Assembly (NCBI GenBank): GCA_965238175.1
Contig: CBDEGZ010000003.1
Location: 2,624,001 to 2,688,000, forward strand
Source of the DNA: Gammaproteobacteria bacterium
Lineage (GTDB): Bacteria > Pseudomonadota > Gammaproteobacteria > CAJXQU01
Direction of reading: 5' to 3'
Length of the DNA stretch: 64,000 nt
This document shows positions 11,825 to 24,751 of the stretch, in pieces (position 1 is the stretch's first letter; each line of letters opens with the position of its first letter). The position numbers and the translations under genes were made by a program. The notes under the pieces were generated by a model. It saw nothing but the letters and a program-made list of their open reading frames with translations. It was not told the origin of the DNA and did no database searches.

Positions 11825-13267
11825 ATGTCAAATAGATCTAAAATACTTTTGATGTATAAAGTAAGCAAACTTGCTTCGCTAGGAGCGGTTTTAACTGTTT
11901 TGATTACAACTCCTATGAGAACTCTACAAGCCGAACCTGAAACTAAAAACAATACTAAGTCACGCTTAAATTCTTCGCTTAATAACCGAATGCAACATAT
12001 CACACTTGGCATAGGTACTCGCAGTAAAGTCTTTAAAGATCTCCCTTTTGAACCTGTTACAGATAACGCTGCTGTGACTACTAAAAAGCAAACTTCTGAT
12101 CTCAAAATACCAACAGGTGATCATTGGATAGAATTCACTATCGAAAAAGACGACACCTTATATAGCCTAGTGAGAAGAAGTGGATTAAGCATTAAAGATC
12201 TCTTTGTAATAATGCATGTTGGATTAGAAACAAGCGAACTTAAACACCTGAGGCCAGGACAAAAACTTAAAATTCATGCTTCTGATAGAAACATTCTTGA
12301 AATTGTTCATCATCAAACTAAAACAAGAAAACTACACGTAAAAAAAACCAATGATGTTTACTCAGGTTTAACAACCAATAATGGTATCAAAGTAAAGGTT
12401 ATTGAGCCGAAAAGAAGCCGTACCTTACTAGCAAGATCAAATAAACATTACCCTATACTTAGAGAACGCTCCGATACTAAATTACAACATAACCTTGAGA
12501 AAACCATCAGCCAATTAGGTCTTATGGAACAAGTCAATAGAAAAAAATTAGCCATTGCCCTTGTTGATATTAGCGATATCAATAGACCAAAACTTGCGAT
12601 GTTGAACGGTAATGAGATGATGTATGCAGCTAGCTTGCCGAAAATTGCAATCCTATTAGGTGCTTTTGTTGAAATCGAACAAGGTAATCTCTCATTAGAC
12701 CCTTCACTCCGTAGTGATCTCACCGAGATGATTAGATTTTCCTCCAATGAAAAAGCCACCAAAATGCTCAGCCGGGTTGGGAACCACCGTCTTCAGGAAA
12801 TCCTGATGTCTGATCGCTTTAAGCTTTATGATCCTCTTCAAAATGGCGGGCTCTGGGTAGGTAAATCCTATGGAAAGACACCAGCATTTGAACGTGATCC
12901 ACTACATAACCTTTCTCATGGAGCAACCGTGCTCCAAGCTGCACGTTTTTATTATCTGATGGAAACGGATCAATTAGTCTCCCATGATCTAACGGTAGAC
13001 ATGAAAGAGATTCTATCTGATCCAAAAATTAATCATAAGTTCGTTAAAGGTTTAGCTGATCGTCCAAGAGCGACAATTTACCGTAAATCCGGCTCTTGGC
13101 GACAGTGGCATGCAGATAGTGCATTAATCGAAGAAAATGGCTATAAATATATTGCGGTGGCACTTGCTGAAAGCCCTGATGGGGGGGAGTGGCTCTCTGA
13201 AATGATCGCCCCATTACATGATTTGATAGTAGTACCTCAAGCCTACGTCGAGCTCTCTAAAAACTAA
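11825..13267 (+). CDS. LysM/OapA-like domain fused to class A beta-lactamase-like serine hydrolase
   Basis: N-terminal 'FTIEKDDTLYSL...LRPGQKL' (MepM/OapA LysM-like). C-terminal SxxK (ASLPK), SSN and KSG motifs. Confidence 0.7.
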   Translation: MSNRSKILLMYKVSKLASLGAVLTVLITTPMRTLQAEPETKNNTKSRLNSSLNNRMQHITLGIGTRSKVFKDLPFEPVTDNAAVTTKKQTSDLKIPTGDHWIEFTIEKDDTLYSLVRRSGLSIKDLFVIMHVGLETSELKHLRPGQKLKIHASDRNILEIVHHQTKTRKLHVKKTNDVYSGLTTNNGIKVKVIEPKRSRTLLARSNKHYPILRERSDTKLQHNLEKTISQLGLMEQVNRKKLAIALVDISDINRPKLAMLNGNEMMYAASLPKIAILLGAFVEIEQGNLSLDPSLRSDLTEMIRFSSNEKATKMLSRVGNHRLQEILMSDRFKLYDPLQNGGLWVGKSYGKTPAFERDPLHNLSHGATVLQAARFYYLMETDQLVSHDLTVDMKEILSDPKINHKFVKGLADRPRATIYRKSGSWRQWHADSALIEENGYKYIAVALAESPDGGEWLSEMIAPLHDLIVVPQAYVELSKN

Positions 13268-13326
13268 TAACAAGCTTTTTTTATAACTAAATAAAAGTCC
13301 GAATAACGGATCCTCTTTCGTTGTTA

Positions 13327-14784
13327 TTATTTTAGTATTTTTACCGCCAAAAACATTGGATTTCCATCACGTTGGATCAGTACTGGAACCGATTTATTTG
13401 ATGGCAGTTTTGCAACCAAACCCTTGAGCATATTACTGCTCGTGATTTTTTTATTATCAATCAATAAAATGATATCTCCAACATTAATTCCAGCATCCTG
13501 TGCTGGCCCCTTATTAACCTCTTCTACCAACACACCTTTATTTTCCAAACTCATTTGATTGCGTTCTTCATTCGTCAGGTTCTTTACCCGAATATTCAGA
13601 CGATTATCGGCGAGTGGTTTATTGTCAAGAGTAAGTGCAGAAGCCACTTTTTTATCACTAGGTAGTTCCTTGATCAAAACTTTCAATGTGATCTGTTTCC
13701 CAGAACGTAGCACTTTTACAGGAACACGTTCTCCCATTCGAGTTGTTCCAACAATTGGGGGTAATTCTGAAGACATATCGATGGTATGACCATTAAACTC
13801 AGTGATGATATCCCCAGTTTTGATACCAGCTTTAGCTGCAGGGCTAGCATCTAAGACCTTAGCAATCAATGATCCACCAGGTTTACTCATTCCAAATGAT
13901 TCCGCTAATTCACGAGTCACATCTTGAATCATGACACCAAGCCATCCACGGGAAACTGATCCTTTCCCTCGTAGTTGCTGGTAAACATTCATAACGATAT
14001 CCATAGGGATAGCGAATGAAAGCCCCATAAAACCGCCAGTACGACTATATATCTGCGAATTCACACCAACCGCATCACCGTCCAGATTAAAAAGCGGTCC
14101 ACCGGAATTTCCTGGGTTGATTGCGACATCGGTCTGAATAAAAGGAATATAATTTTCGTTAGGTAGACTGCGGCCTTTTGCACTTACAATTCCTGCTGTA
14201 ACGGAGTAATCAAAACCAAAAGGTGAACCAATCGCTAAGACCCATTCACCAACCTCGAGATCTTTTGAACGTCCAATATTTACAACAGGTAAATCTTTTG
14301 CCTCAACCTTCAACACGGCGATATCTGTTTGTTTGTCTGATCCGATCAATTTTGCTACGAATTCACGACGATCATTTAACCTTACAATAATTTCATCTGC
14401 TCCATGAACGACATGATGATTTGTGATCACATAACCATCTTCTGCAATGATAAAACCTGAGCCTAGTGAGGATCTTGGTTGAGATCTACCTGATCCATTG
14501 CCCTCACCAAAAAAGTGCCGGAAGAAATCATTCAATGGGCTATCTTCAGGTATATCTGGCATTTGCGGGATTTTCAAATTCGGTATTTCAGCACGTTTTT
14601 GTGACGTCGAAATATTCACAACTGCAGGGCTGTTTTCCTTAGCAAGTTTTGTAAATTCAGGAAGTGACCGTGCCTCTATAATAGGCTGAATCATGAAGAA
14701 AATGGCTATTACTGTTAACAGGCCAGATTTCCACTTTATAATCGAATTTAAAAATAAAGATCTAATCAAATTTACGTGGCTCAT
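13327..14784 (-). CDS. mucD: DegP/MucD-family periplasmic serine endoprotease (2 PDZ)
   Basis: SLGSGF, TNHHVV, DIAVLK and GNSGGPL motifs plus two PDZ domains. Downstream of rpoE-rseA-rseB. Confidence 0.88.
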   Translation of the reverse strand: MSHVNLIRSLFLNSIIKWKSGLLTVIAIFFMIQPIIEARSLPEFTKLAKENSPAVVNISTSQKRAEIPNLKIPQMPDIPEDSPLNDFFRHFFGEGNGSGRSQPRSSLGSGFIIAEDGYVITNHHVVHGADEIIVRLNDRREFVAKLIGSDKQTDIAVLKVEAKDLPVVNIGRSKDLEVGEWVLAIGSPFGFDYSVTAGIVSAKGRSLPNENYIPFIQTDVAINPGNSGGPLFNLDGDAVGVNSQIYSRTGGFMGLSFAIPMDIVMNVYQQLRGKGSVSRGWLGVMIQDVTRELAESFGMSKPGGSLIAKVLDASPAAKAGIKTGDIITEFNGHTIDMSSELPPIVGTTRMGERVPVKVLRSGKQITLKVLIKELPSDKKVASALTLDNKPLADNRLNIRVKNLTNEERNQMSLENKGVLVEEVNKGPAQDAGINVGDIILLIDNKKITSSNMLKGLVAKLPSNKSVPVLIQRDGNPMFLAVKILK

Positions 14785-14827
14785 ACCTTTTTCCTATAGA
14801 CGTAGTTGTACAGTTGAGAATTTTATC

Positions 14828-15805
14828 TTATAGATTATGAACAACAGATGAAGCTATTTTATGGACGGTCTTGGCAGGTAACTCACCGACTACAGTGACC
14901 TGATAGTCTTCTTGAGAATGGGTATATGCATTAACCGCACCTAAAGAAACATAACCATTCATGACCTTATCCTTTGCATTGGTATCTACCTTCTCAATAT
15001 AAAGTGAAACAGTCGCTAAGCCGTCAGAATAGACAAGGTGCTCAACGGGCTTTTTGATACCAGAAAAAAGTTGTTTGTTAGTACTTTCCATCGAAAACCC
15101 AACCGGCATCCATTGCACTTTCCACTGAGAGGGTTCTTGCGTTGTTTGATCCAAATTTTGTTCATTCGTATGCCATTCGTAGTTTTCAGCATCCATCGGT
15201 GTCATCAGATCACTAGGGATCTCGTGCGGTATCTCAATATGTGTGAACAATACAGTTTCAAGCGGTTTTTCTTGCAGACTAACAATAGCAGATTTGAGCA
15301 TTAGTCCAGTTTCATCATCAACCCAAAAATGGTAGATATAACGGTGCTCATCCTTTGGCATCACCTCAATAATATTGGTTTCTCGACCGGCGATTCGATC
15401 CCTACCTAACACTTGAAAGTTATAGAAACTACGTATCTTAGCAATTGATTCAGGAAAATTTACTGAAAGAAACTTATTTGACCCACCTTTATCAACCATA
15501 ACGGTCTGGTTATCTGAGTAGAAACAAGCGACATCTTGACCATCTTTAATAACTTCCCTGTTGGCCCCTGTTAATGAGATAAGACGTTCCTTCTCGCCCT
15601 GCTCGTCAACTTTATGGATAATGCGCATGCTCTCCAGTTGATTACCACGGCTATAAACAAAAATGCCGTCATAATTCAAATTGTGAGTGGCATTAGACAT
15701 CCTCTCGAGCATCTCAAGTGCTTGTTTAGATGAACTATCTTCAATCGCTTGAACTACAAACTGAAAAGATAACAACGCTACAATCATGCATATCCTTACG
15801 CCCAT
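14828..15805 (-). CDS. rseB: Sigma-E regulatory protein RseB/MucB
   Basis: LNYDGIFVY, ERLISLTG..REV and YSDGLATVSLYIE motifs; operon position. Confidence 0.92.
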   Translation of the reverse strand: MGVRICMIVALLSFQFVVQAIEDSSSKQALEMLERMSNATHNLNYDGIFVYSRGNQLESMRIIHKVDEQGEKERLISLTGANREVIKDGQDVACFYSDNQTVMVDKGGSNKFLSVNFPESIAKIRSFYNFQVLGRDRIAGRETNIIEVMPKDEHRYIYHFWVDDETGLMLKSAIVSLQEKPLETVLFTHIEIPHEIPSDLMTPMDAENYEWHTNEQNLDQTTQEPSQWKVQWMPVGFSMESTNKQLFSGIKKPVEHLVYSDGLATVSLYIEKVDTNAKDKVMNGYVSLGAVNAYTHSQEDYQVTVVGELPAKTVHKIASSVVHNL

Positions 15806-15811
15806 ATTCGT

Positions 15812-16366
15812 TTACCGACTCGATCCGTGACCAACCAAACGAGCCTGTGGTGAAACACCTTGAACACCCATTCGAGAATTGAACTGATTATGATTAAGGA
15901 TATAAGGATTTAGCTGATTTGCTTCTATTGTGTTTTCGACAGATTCAAACTTAACAGTTCTAACTGTTTCAGGTATGGCGTTTGAGGCAAGAGGAGCACT
16001 TGCTTCTAATCCGGGCGCTTGCTGATTCCCACCTTGAAAACTGACAACAGCAACGGCAGTGACTGAAGCGGCTACAGCTAATCCTGCAAGTGGTTTAATA
16101 TAACTTGAGGGGTTGAATTTTTTCTTGCGTTTAGGAGCTAGTATCGTCGGCTCTTGTTCCAGCATTTCATTCAATCTACTTGCCAGATCTGGCTTAACCG
16201 ATGCAGGCAATGTATTTCTCATCGTGTCACCAATCATATGGTAACGTTGCCAACTACCTTTTGTATCAGGATCAATTTCGATATCTTTTATAGCAATTTC
16301 TCTATCTCTTCCTTCGAGCTCGCCATCCATCATGGCAGAAATTCTTTCTCGTTTTTCATCTTTCAT
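15812..16366 (-). CDS. rseA: Anti-sigma-E factor RseA/MucA
   Basis: ERISAMMDGEL...WQRYHMIGDTMR and a single TM (LAVAASV). Confidence 0.92.
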   Translation of the reverse strand: MKDEKRERISAMMDGELEGRDREIAIKDIEIDPDTKGSWQRYHMIGDTMRNTLPASVKPDLASRLNEMLEQEPTILAPKRKKKFNPSSYIKPLAGLAVAASVTAVAVVSFQGGNQQAPGLEASAPLASNAIPETVRTVKFESVENTIEANQLNPYILNHNQFNSRMGVQGVSPQARLVGHGSSR

Positions 16367-16372
16367 TTCATT

Positions 16373-16948
16373 TTACTCCAGCAGTGGTTTAAGGCGTACA
16401 TCAATCGCCTCCCGAGCTCGGAAAATACGTGACCTGACTGTCCCAATCGGGCATGTCATTGCATCCGCAATTTCGTCATAGCTCAATCCTTCAACTTCCC
16501 TCAATGTGATCGCAGTTCGTAAATCTTCGGGTAATTCTTCGATCGCATTGAAAATCGTCTCCTGTATTTCGCCGGTCAACAATAAGTTTTCCGGTGTATC
16601 TGTTTCCTTTAGAGCGTCATCCAGGTCATAGGTTTCATCATCTGAGCCAATTGGCTGAACTTCCTGTGGTCGACGCGCTCTTGAAGCCACATGATTCTTA
16701 GCTGTATTAATCGCAATGCGATACAACCAAGTATAAAAAGCACTATCCCCCCTAAAATTCGGCAACGCCCTGTACGCCTTTAAAAATGCTTCTTGAGCAA
16801 TATCCTGCGCATCAGTGATGTCACGTACATAACGAGACACCAAGTTAACCACCCTGTTCTGGTATTTTATTACCAGCAGATCAAAGGCTTTCTTGTCCCC
16901 ATTTTGTACTTTCTCAACTAATACGCTATCAGCGATTTCGTTGCCCAT
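16373..16948 (-). CDS. rpoE: RNA polymerase sigma-E factor
   Basis: LVEKVQNGDKKAFDLLVIKYQ, FRGDSAFYTWLYRIAINTAKN, CPIGTVRSRIFRAREAID. Confidence 0.97.
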   Translation of the reverse strand: MGNEIADSVLVEKVQNGDKKAFDLLVIKYQNRVVNLVSRYVRDITDAQDIAQEAFLKAYRALPNFRGDSAFYTWLYRIAINTAKNHVASRARRPQEVQPIGSDDETYDLDDALKETDTPENLLLTGEIQETIFNAIEELPEDLRTAITLREVEGLSYDEIADAMTCPIGTVRSRIFRAREAIDVRLKPLLE

Positions 16949-17002
16949 CAGGGCTTTCTCCTTGTGTTATTATTATGCAGCTTTTCATCCTGACCCCGCG
17001 AG

Positions 17003-17029
17003 ATAGACACGCTATATTGGGAATAGTTC
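17003..17029 (-). promoter_or_regulatory. Putative sigma-E-dependent (autoregulatory) promoter of rpoE
   Basis: Minus strand GAACTA-N16-TCTAT, close to the sigma-E/AlgU consensus GAACTT-N16-TCTRA, about 55 nt upstream of rpoE. Confidence 0.6.
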
Positions 17030-17082
17030 GATGAAATGTAAGTTACCTTCATTAAAAGAAACTAAAATTGTCATAAAGCGCT

Positions 17083-18690
17083 ATGGTACATCAACATGAT
17101 TTCGACGTCCTTATTATCGGCAGCGGTGCTTCCGGCCTTAGTCTTGCCTTACGTTTATCGGAGCAGACCAATGTCGCCGTGGTATCAAAAGGACAACTAA
17201 AAGAAGGCTCTACCTATTGGGCTCAGGGTGGCATAGCAGCTGTTCTTGATCCAGCAGATACTCTGAGATCACATGTGGAAGACACGCTCAATGCAGGGGC
17301 TGGACTTTGTGATCCTGACATTGTCGAGTTTGTCGCCTCAAAAGGGCGCGAGAGCATCGAATGGTTATTGGATTTGGGCGTGCCTTTTACGCCTGATAAC
17401 GAAAGTGAACTGCCCTACCATCTAACTCGAGAAGGTGGTCATAGCCATCGACGCATCATTCATGCTGCAGATGCGACTGGTAGAGCGGTTGAAACCACGC
17501 TTGAAACACAAGCACGCGCTAATCCGAACATCTCAATATTTGAACACCATATCGCCATTGATTTGATCACAGGATCTAAAATTGGCTTAGAAACTGATCG
17601 TTGCGTTGGTGCATATATCTTTGATAAAGAACAGGATAAGGTACTAACGTTTCGAGCAAAATTCGTTGTTCTTGCAACGGGTGGTGCCGGAAAAGTCTAT
17701 CTTTATACGAGTAATCCTGACGTCTCAACAGGTGATGGAATTGCCATGGCAGCACGAGCTGGATGTGATATTGCTAACATGGAATTCATGCAGTTTCACC
17801 CAACATGCCTTTATCACCCTGAAGCAAAATCTTTTCTCATTACTGAGGCTATCCGTGGCGAGGGAGGTATTCTACTATTACCCAACGGTGAGCGATTTAT
17901 GGATCGTTTTGATAAGAGGGCTGAACTCGCTCCTCGCGATATCGTTGCTCGTGCAATTGATCACGAAATGAAACGTACTGGCAGTGATAGTGTATTTCTA
18001 GATATTAGTCATCGTTCAGCTGAATTTATAAAAGAACATTTTCCGAATGTTTCCGAAAAATGTCTTGAGTTTGGTTTTGATATTACCAAAGAACCAATCC
18101 CGGTGGTCCCTGCTGCACATTACATTTGCGGAGGAGTAACCACAGATATTCGTGGGAAAACAACAATCCCGGGGCTTTATGCAATTGGTGAAACCTCCTG
18201 CACAGGCTTACATGGCGCCAACCGGATGGCCAGTAACTCATTACTTGAATGTCTGGTTTTTGCTCAGTCTTGTCACGATGACATCGCAGCTAATCTTTCA
18301 TCGGCAACAATGCCACAGAACTTACCTCTTTGGGATGAAACTCAAGTGACCGATTCAGATGAAGAAGTGGTTGTATCCCATAACTGGGATGAACTACGCC
18401 GTTTCATGTGGGATTATGTTGGAATTGTTCGAACCACTAAGCGTCTGCAACGTGCGAAACACCGAGTCGAATTATTAAAAGCCGAAATTAGCGAGTACTA
18501 TGGCAACTTTCGCGTTTCCAATGATTTGATTGAACTAAGAAACCTTGTTCAGGTGGCCGATCTTATCATCGAATCTGCATTGCACCGACAAGAAAGCCGA
18601 GGCCTTCACTACACACTTAATTATCCCGAAATGTCGGGTAATCAACCACAAGATACCATCTTGAAAATGCGACAACATGAATCTACCTGA
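17083..18690 (+). CDS. nadB: L-aspartate oxidase
   Basis: [46 protein letters not shown]. Divergent from rpoE, as is usual. Confidence 0.97.
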   Translation: MVHQHDFDVLIIGSGASGLSLALRLSEQTNVAVVSKGQLKEGSTYWAQGGIAAVLDPADTLRSHVEDTLNAGAGLCDPDIVEFVASKGRESIEWLLDLGVPFTPDNESELPYHLTREGGHSHRRIIHAADATGRAVETTLETQARANPNISIFEHHIAIDLITGSKIGLETDRCVGAYIFDKEQDKVLTFRAKFVVLATGGAGKVYLYTSNPDVSTGDGIAMAARAGCDIANMEFMQFHPTCLYHPEAKSFLITEAIRGEGGILLLPNGERFMDRFDKRAELAPRDIVARAIDHEMKRTGSDSVFLDISHRSAEFIKEHFPNVSEKCLEFGFDITKEPIPVVPAAHYICGGVTTDIRGKTTIPGLYAIGETSCTGLHGANRMASNSLLECLVFAQSCHDDIAANLSSATMPQNLPLWDETQVTDSDEEVVVSHNWDELRRFMWDYVGIVRTTKRLQRAKHRVELLKAEISEYYGNFRVSNDLIELRNLVQVADLIIESALHRQESRGLHYTLNYPEMSGNQPQDTILKMRQHEST

Positions 18691-19423
18691 TTACACAGCA
18701 GAAAAAAATTTATTGAAAGGCAAAACGATTCTCGTAACAGGTGCTGCCGGTGGCATAGGCCAAGCAGCGGCTAGAAGCTTTGCTGAACATGGGGCTACAG
18801 TGATCATTCTTGATAAAAATGTTCCAGCTTTAGAATTACTTTATGATCAAATAAAGCAAGATCATCATCCAGAAGCTGCAATCTACCCAATGGATTTAGC
18901 CGGTGCTTCTGTCAAAGACTACGAAACACTTGAAGAAACACTGGCAAAAAACTTCGGGAAACTTGATGGTCTACTTCATAACGCAGCTATTCTCGGCAGC
19001 CTTACTAGCATTGCGAGTTATGATCTACAACAGTGGCATCAAGTCATGACGGTTAATTTTAATGCGCCATTACTATTAACTCGCGCTTGCCTATCACAAC
19101 TAAAAGCCTCAAATTCAGCCTCCGTAATCTTCACTTCTGACTCGGTAGGTCGTCAAGCAAAAGCCTATTGGGGTGCATATGGTATTTCAAAATTCGCAAC
19201 GGAAGGTCTAATGCAAACACTTGCCGAAGAACTTGAGACCAATACTTCAATTCGGGTCAACAGTATTGATCCAGGTCCGATCAAAACCCTTTTAAGATCC
19301 GCTGCCTACCCAGCTGAAGATCCTGATCAAAACCCACTTCCTGAAACAATTATGGATAAATATCTCTACTTAATGGGCAATGAAAGCCTATCTATAAATG
19401 GCCAAATGCTATCAGCCCAATAG
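18677..19423 (+). CDS. YciK-family short-chain dehydrogenase
   Basis: [33 protein letters not shown]. Confidence 0.85.
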   Translation: MNLPDYTAEKNLLKGKTILVTGAAGGIGQAAARSFAEHGATVIILDKNVPALELLYDQIKQDHHPEAAIYPMDLAGASVKDYETLEETLAKNFGKLDGLLHNAAILGSLTSIASYDLQQWHQVMTVNFNAPLLLTRACLSQLKASNSASVIFTSDSVGRQAKAYWGAYGISKFATEGLMQTLAEELETNTSIRVNSIDPGPIKTLLRSAAYPAEDPDQNPLPETIMDKYLYLMGNESLSINGQMLSAQ

Positions 19424-19471
19424 CGAACTCTCGTTACAAATAATTATGTAACCCATGCCCAGTCAAACTTT

Positions 19472-19487
19472 TGGCATGGTTTTCGCA
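19472..19487 (+). promoter_or_regulatory. Putative sigma-54 (-24/-12) promoter of the diguanylate cyclase
   Basis: TGGCATGGTTTTCGCA = GG-N10-GC, near the consensus TGGCACG-N4-TTGC. Confidence 0.45.
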
Positions 19488-19494
19488 TTGACAA

Positions 19495-20490
19495 TTGTTA
19501 TTAATTAACAATGAGATGATCAATATGGCGACGTCAGTTCAAGAGATGAATCCACAATATGATGATTATGTAAACGAAGCTTCATCGGAGAGGATAAAGA
19601 ATTACTACGCTCCTATGAACGAGTTGCAAAAAATGCAACAAGAAACACTGCTCGTAGCTAGCGTATTACAGACATCGTTAGATCTTAATAAACTTATCGA
19701 AATTTTTGCCGAAAGATTAGCCGATTTTGTTGAGCATGACAGCCTACTCTACATTAATAGAGACGAAGAAAAAGAGTTTTTAATAGGTAAACCGTCCAAT
19801 CAAACATGTAGTTATCAGATCACTTTGCTTGAAAAACCGTTAGGTGAAATCACTATTTCAAGAGCAAAAGCATTTGATGAAAATGAAACCCATTGGTTTG
19901 AAGGCCTACTTTGTGCACTTGTTCATCCGCTCCACAATGCAATCCTTTATCACCAAGCGATTCAAACAGGTTATGAAGATCCCGTCACTGGCGTAAACAA
20001 TCGTACTGCAATGAATGCAACGCTTGAGCGCGAAGTCGAACTTGCGCATCGTAATGGCGCAGCACTGTCCGTCATTATGATTGACATCGATCATTTCAAA
20101 CAAATTAATGACAAATACGGCCACTTGGCGGGTGATGCTGTCCTCAAAGGCGTTGGCACTTGCCTTAAAGAATGTGTCCGTCGAAGTGATATTGTTTTTA
20201 GGTATGGTGGTGAAGAATTTGTTGCAATACTCAATACAACCGACTTAGCTGGTGCAAAACTGCTTGCAAATCGTATACGTGTAGCCATCGAAAAACACAA
20301 TTTTGAACACGATGGACTGAATGTCAAAATCACAGTAAGCGCCGGCGTATCAATCCTGGAGCATAACTTTGAGGCCAAAGATCTACTAAACGCTGCTGAT
20401 CAAGCACTTTATCAAGCCAAAGACGAAGGTCGAAATCGTGTTGTTGTTTATAATTCAGAAGGTAAAGATCAAACTGTTGGCAATATGTGA
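19495..20490 (+). CDS. Diguanylate cyclase
   Basis: DIDHFKQINDKYGHLAGD, I-site RRSD and an intact GGEEF. True start is probably an internal ATG (about 19525). Confidence 0.92.
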   Translation: MLLINNEMINMATSVQEMNPQYDDYVNEASSERIKNYYAPMNELQKMQQETLLVASVLQTSLDLNKLIEIFAERLADFVEHDSLLYINRDEEKEFLIGKPSNQTCSYQITLLEKPLGEITISRAKAFDENETHWFEGLLCALVHPLHNAILYHQAIQTGYEDPVTGVNNRTAMNATLEREVELAHRNGAALSVIMIDIDHFKQINDKYGHLAGDAVLKGVGTCLKECVRRSDIVFRYGGEEFVAILNTTDLAGAKLLANRIRVAIEKHNFEHDGLNVKITVSAGVSILEHNFEAKDLLNAADQALYQAKDEGRNRVVVYNSEGKDQTVGNM

Positions 20491-20497
20491 CTTTATT

Positions 20498-21723
20498 TGT
20501 AGAAATTCAGATTTGATCTGACAGTTACCCAATTATCAGTAACCGACTGTCAGGTTAAGTTTAATTCACAAACTTTTCCTTCCAGATAGCTTGTCCGTCG
20601 ATGAGTGTTTCCATCGGCGTCCTCCCGCAGCACATTTTGCCTTGGTGAGTTCGTTGAGTATTGTATTTGAGCAACCATTCGTCAAGGTCGAGTTGCAGTT
20701 CATCAATCGATTGGTAAATTTTCTTACGCAAAGCGACTTGATAAAACTCATTGAGGATCGTCTTATGGAATCGCTCACAAATACCATTCGTCTGAGGTGA
20801 TTTGACCTTGGTTTTGGTGTGTTCGATATTGTTCAACGCCATATAAAGCTGATAATCATGCTGGTCAGCTCGCCCACAATACTCCGTCCCTCTATCTGTC
20901 AAAATGCGCAACATAGGCAAACGTTGTTGTTCGTAGAATGGGAGGACGCGGTCATTGAGCATGTCAGCTGCCGTAATCGGTGTTTTAGTCGGGTACAGTT
21001 TCGCGTGAGCGACCTTGCTGTAAGTATCAACAAACGTTTGTTGATAAACCCGACCAATGCCTTTGAAAGTACCGACATAGTAAGTATCTTGCGAGCCAAG
21101 ATAACCAGGGTGTGCCGTCTCTATCTCGCCACAAGCCTCATCGTCGTCTTTCTTGCGTTCCATCGCCGCGACTTGAGACTCAGTGAGGATCAAGCCTTCA
21201 CCAGCTACCTTATCAGACAATGCCTTCAGGCGATCTTTAAAGCAAGCAAGACCATGACGAAGCCAGATACAACGAACGCCACTGGGTGAGACAAATGTTC
21301 CCCGTTTGCGCAGCTCGTTACTGGTGCGCGTTTGACCATGTGCGGGCTCTTCCAGTGCATACTCGAGCACAACGGTTTCAATAGCCGGGTCGATTCTGTT
21401 TTTAAGATTTGGGGTACGCCGATTACGATCAAACAAGGCTTCTACACCGCCTTCATCAGCCGCTTCTTTGTAGCGATAAAATGTATCTCTGGACAAACCC
21501 ATCATCTTGCAGGCTTTTGAGACATTGCCGAGTTCTTCAGCGAGATTGAGTAGACCAACTTTATGTTTTATAACTTTGTCATTAGTATGAATCATGAGAG
21601 TTACCTCTTTGTGTTTTGATGTTTACGTTGCAGTTACATCAAAGCGGGTAACTCTCACTAAATCAAGCGTCGCTACGCTCCGCTTGATTTAGTGATGTGT
21701 CAGATTGGGTCTAAACTTCTACA
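20498..21723 (-). mobile_element. IS481-family insertion sequence (1226 bp)
   Basis: Ends TGTAGAAATTCAGATTTGATCTGACA and (reverse complement) TGTAGAAGTTTAGACCCAATCTGACA, 20/26 identical, with TGT...ACA termini. Flanked by direct repeat CTTTATT (20491-20497 and 21724-21730). Contains a single transposase. Confidence 0.93.
20561..21595 (-). CDS. IS481-family DDE transposase
   Basis: HTH (LNLAEELGNVSKACK) and rve core (GSQDTYYVG, LTDRGTEYCG, PQTNGICERFHKT). Confidence 0.95.
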   Translation of the reverse strand: MIHTNDKVIKHKVGLLNLAEELGNVSKACKMMGLSRDTFYRYKEAADEGGVEALFDRNRRTPNLKNRIDPAIETVVLEYALEEPAHGQTRTSNELRKRGTFVSPSGVRCIWLRHGLACFKDRLKALSDKVAGEGLILTESQVAAMERKKDDDEACGEIETAHPGYLGSQDTYYVGTFKGIGRVYQQTFVDTYSKVAHAKLYPTKTPITAADMLNDRVLPFYEQQRLPMLRILTDRGTEYCGRADQHDYQLYMALNNIEHTKTKVKSPQTNGICERFHKTILNEFYQVALRKKIYQSIDELQLDLDEWLLKYNTQRTHQGKMCCGRTPMETLIDGQAIWKEKFVN

Positions 21724-21793
21724 CTTTATTGATCTGGGCTACACTTGATACATCAACTTGGATAGCTTGTTCTCGAGTCTTTTAGTTTGTCTT

Positions 21794-24728
<2,935 letters not shown>

Positions 24729-24751
24729 AAAGAACCTCTACCTTACCCTAC

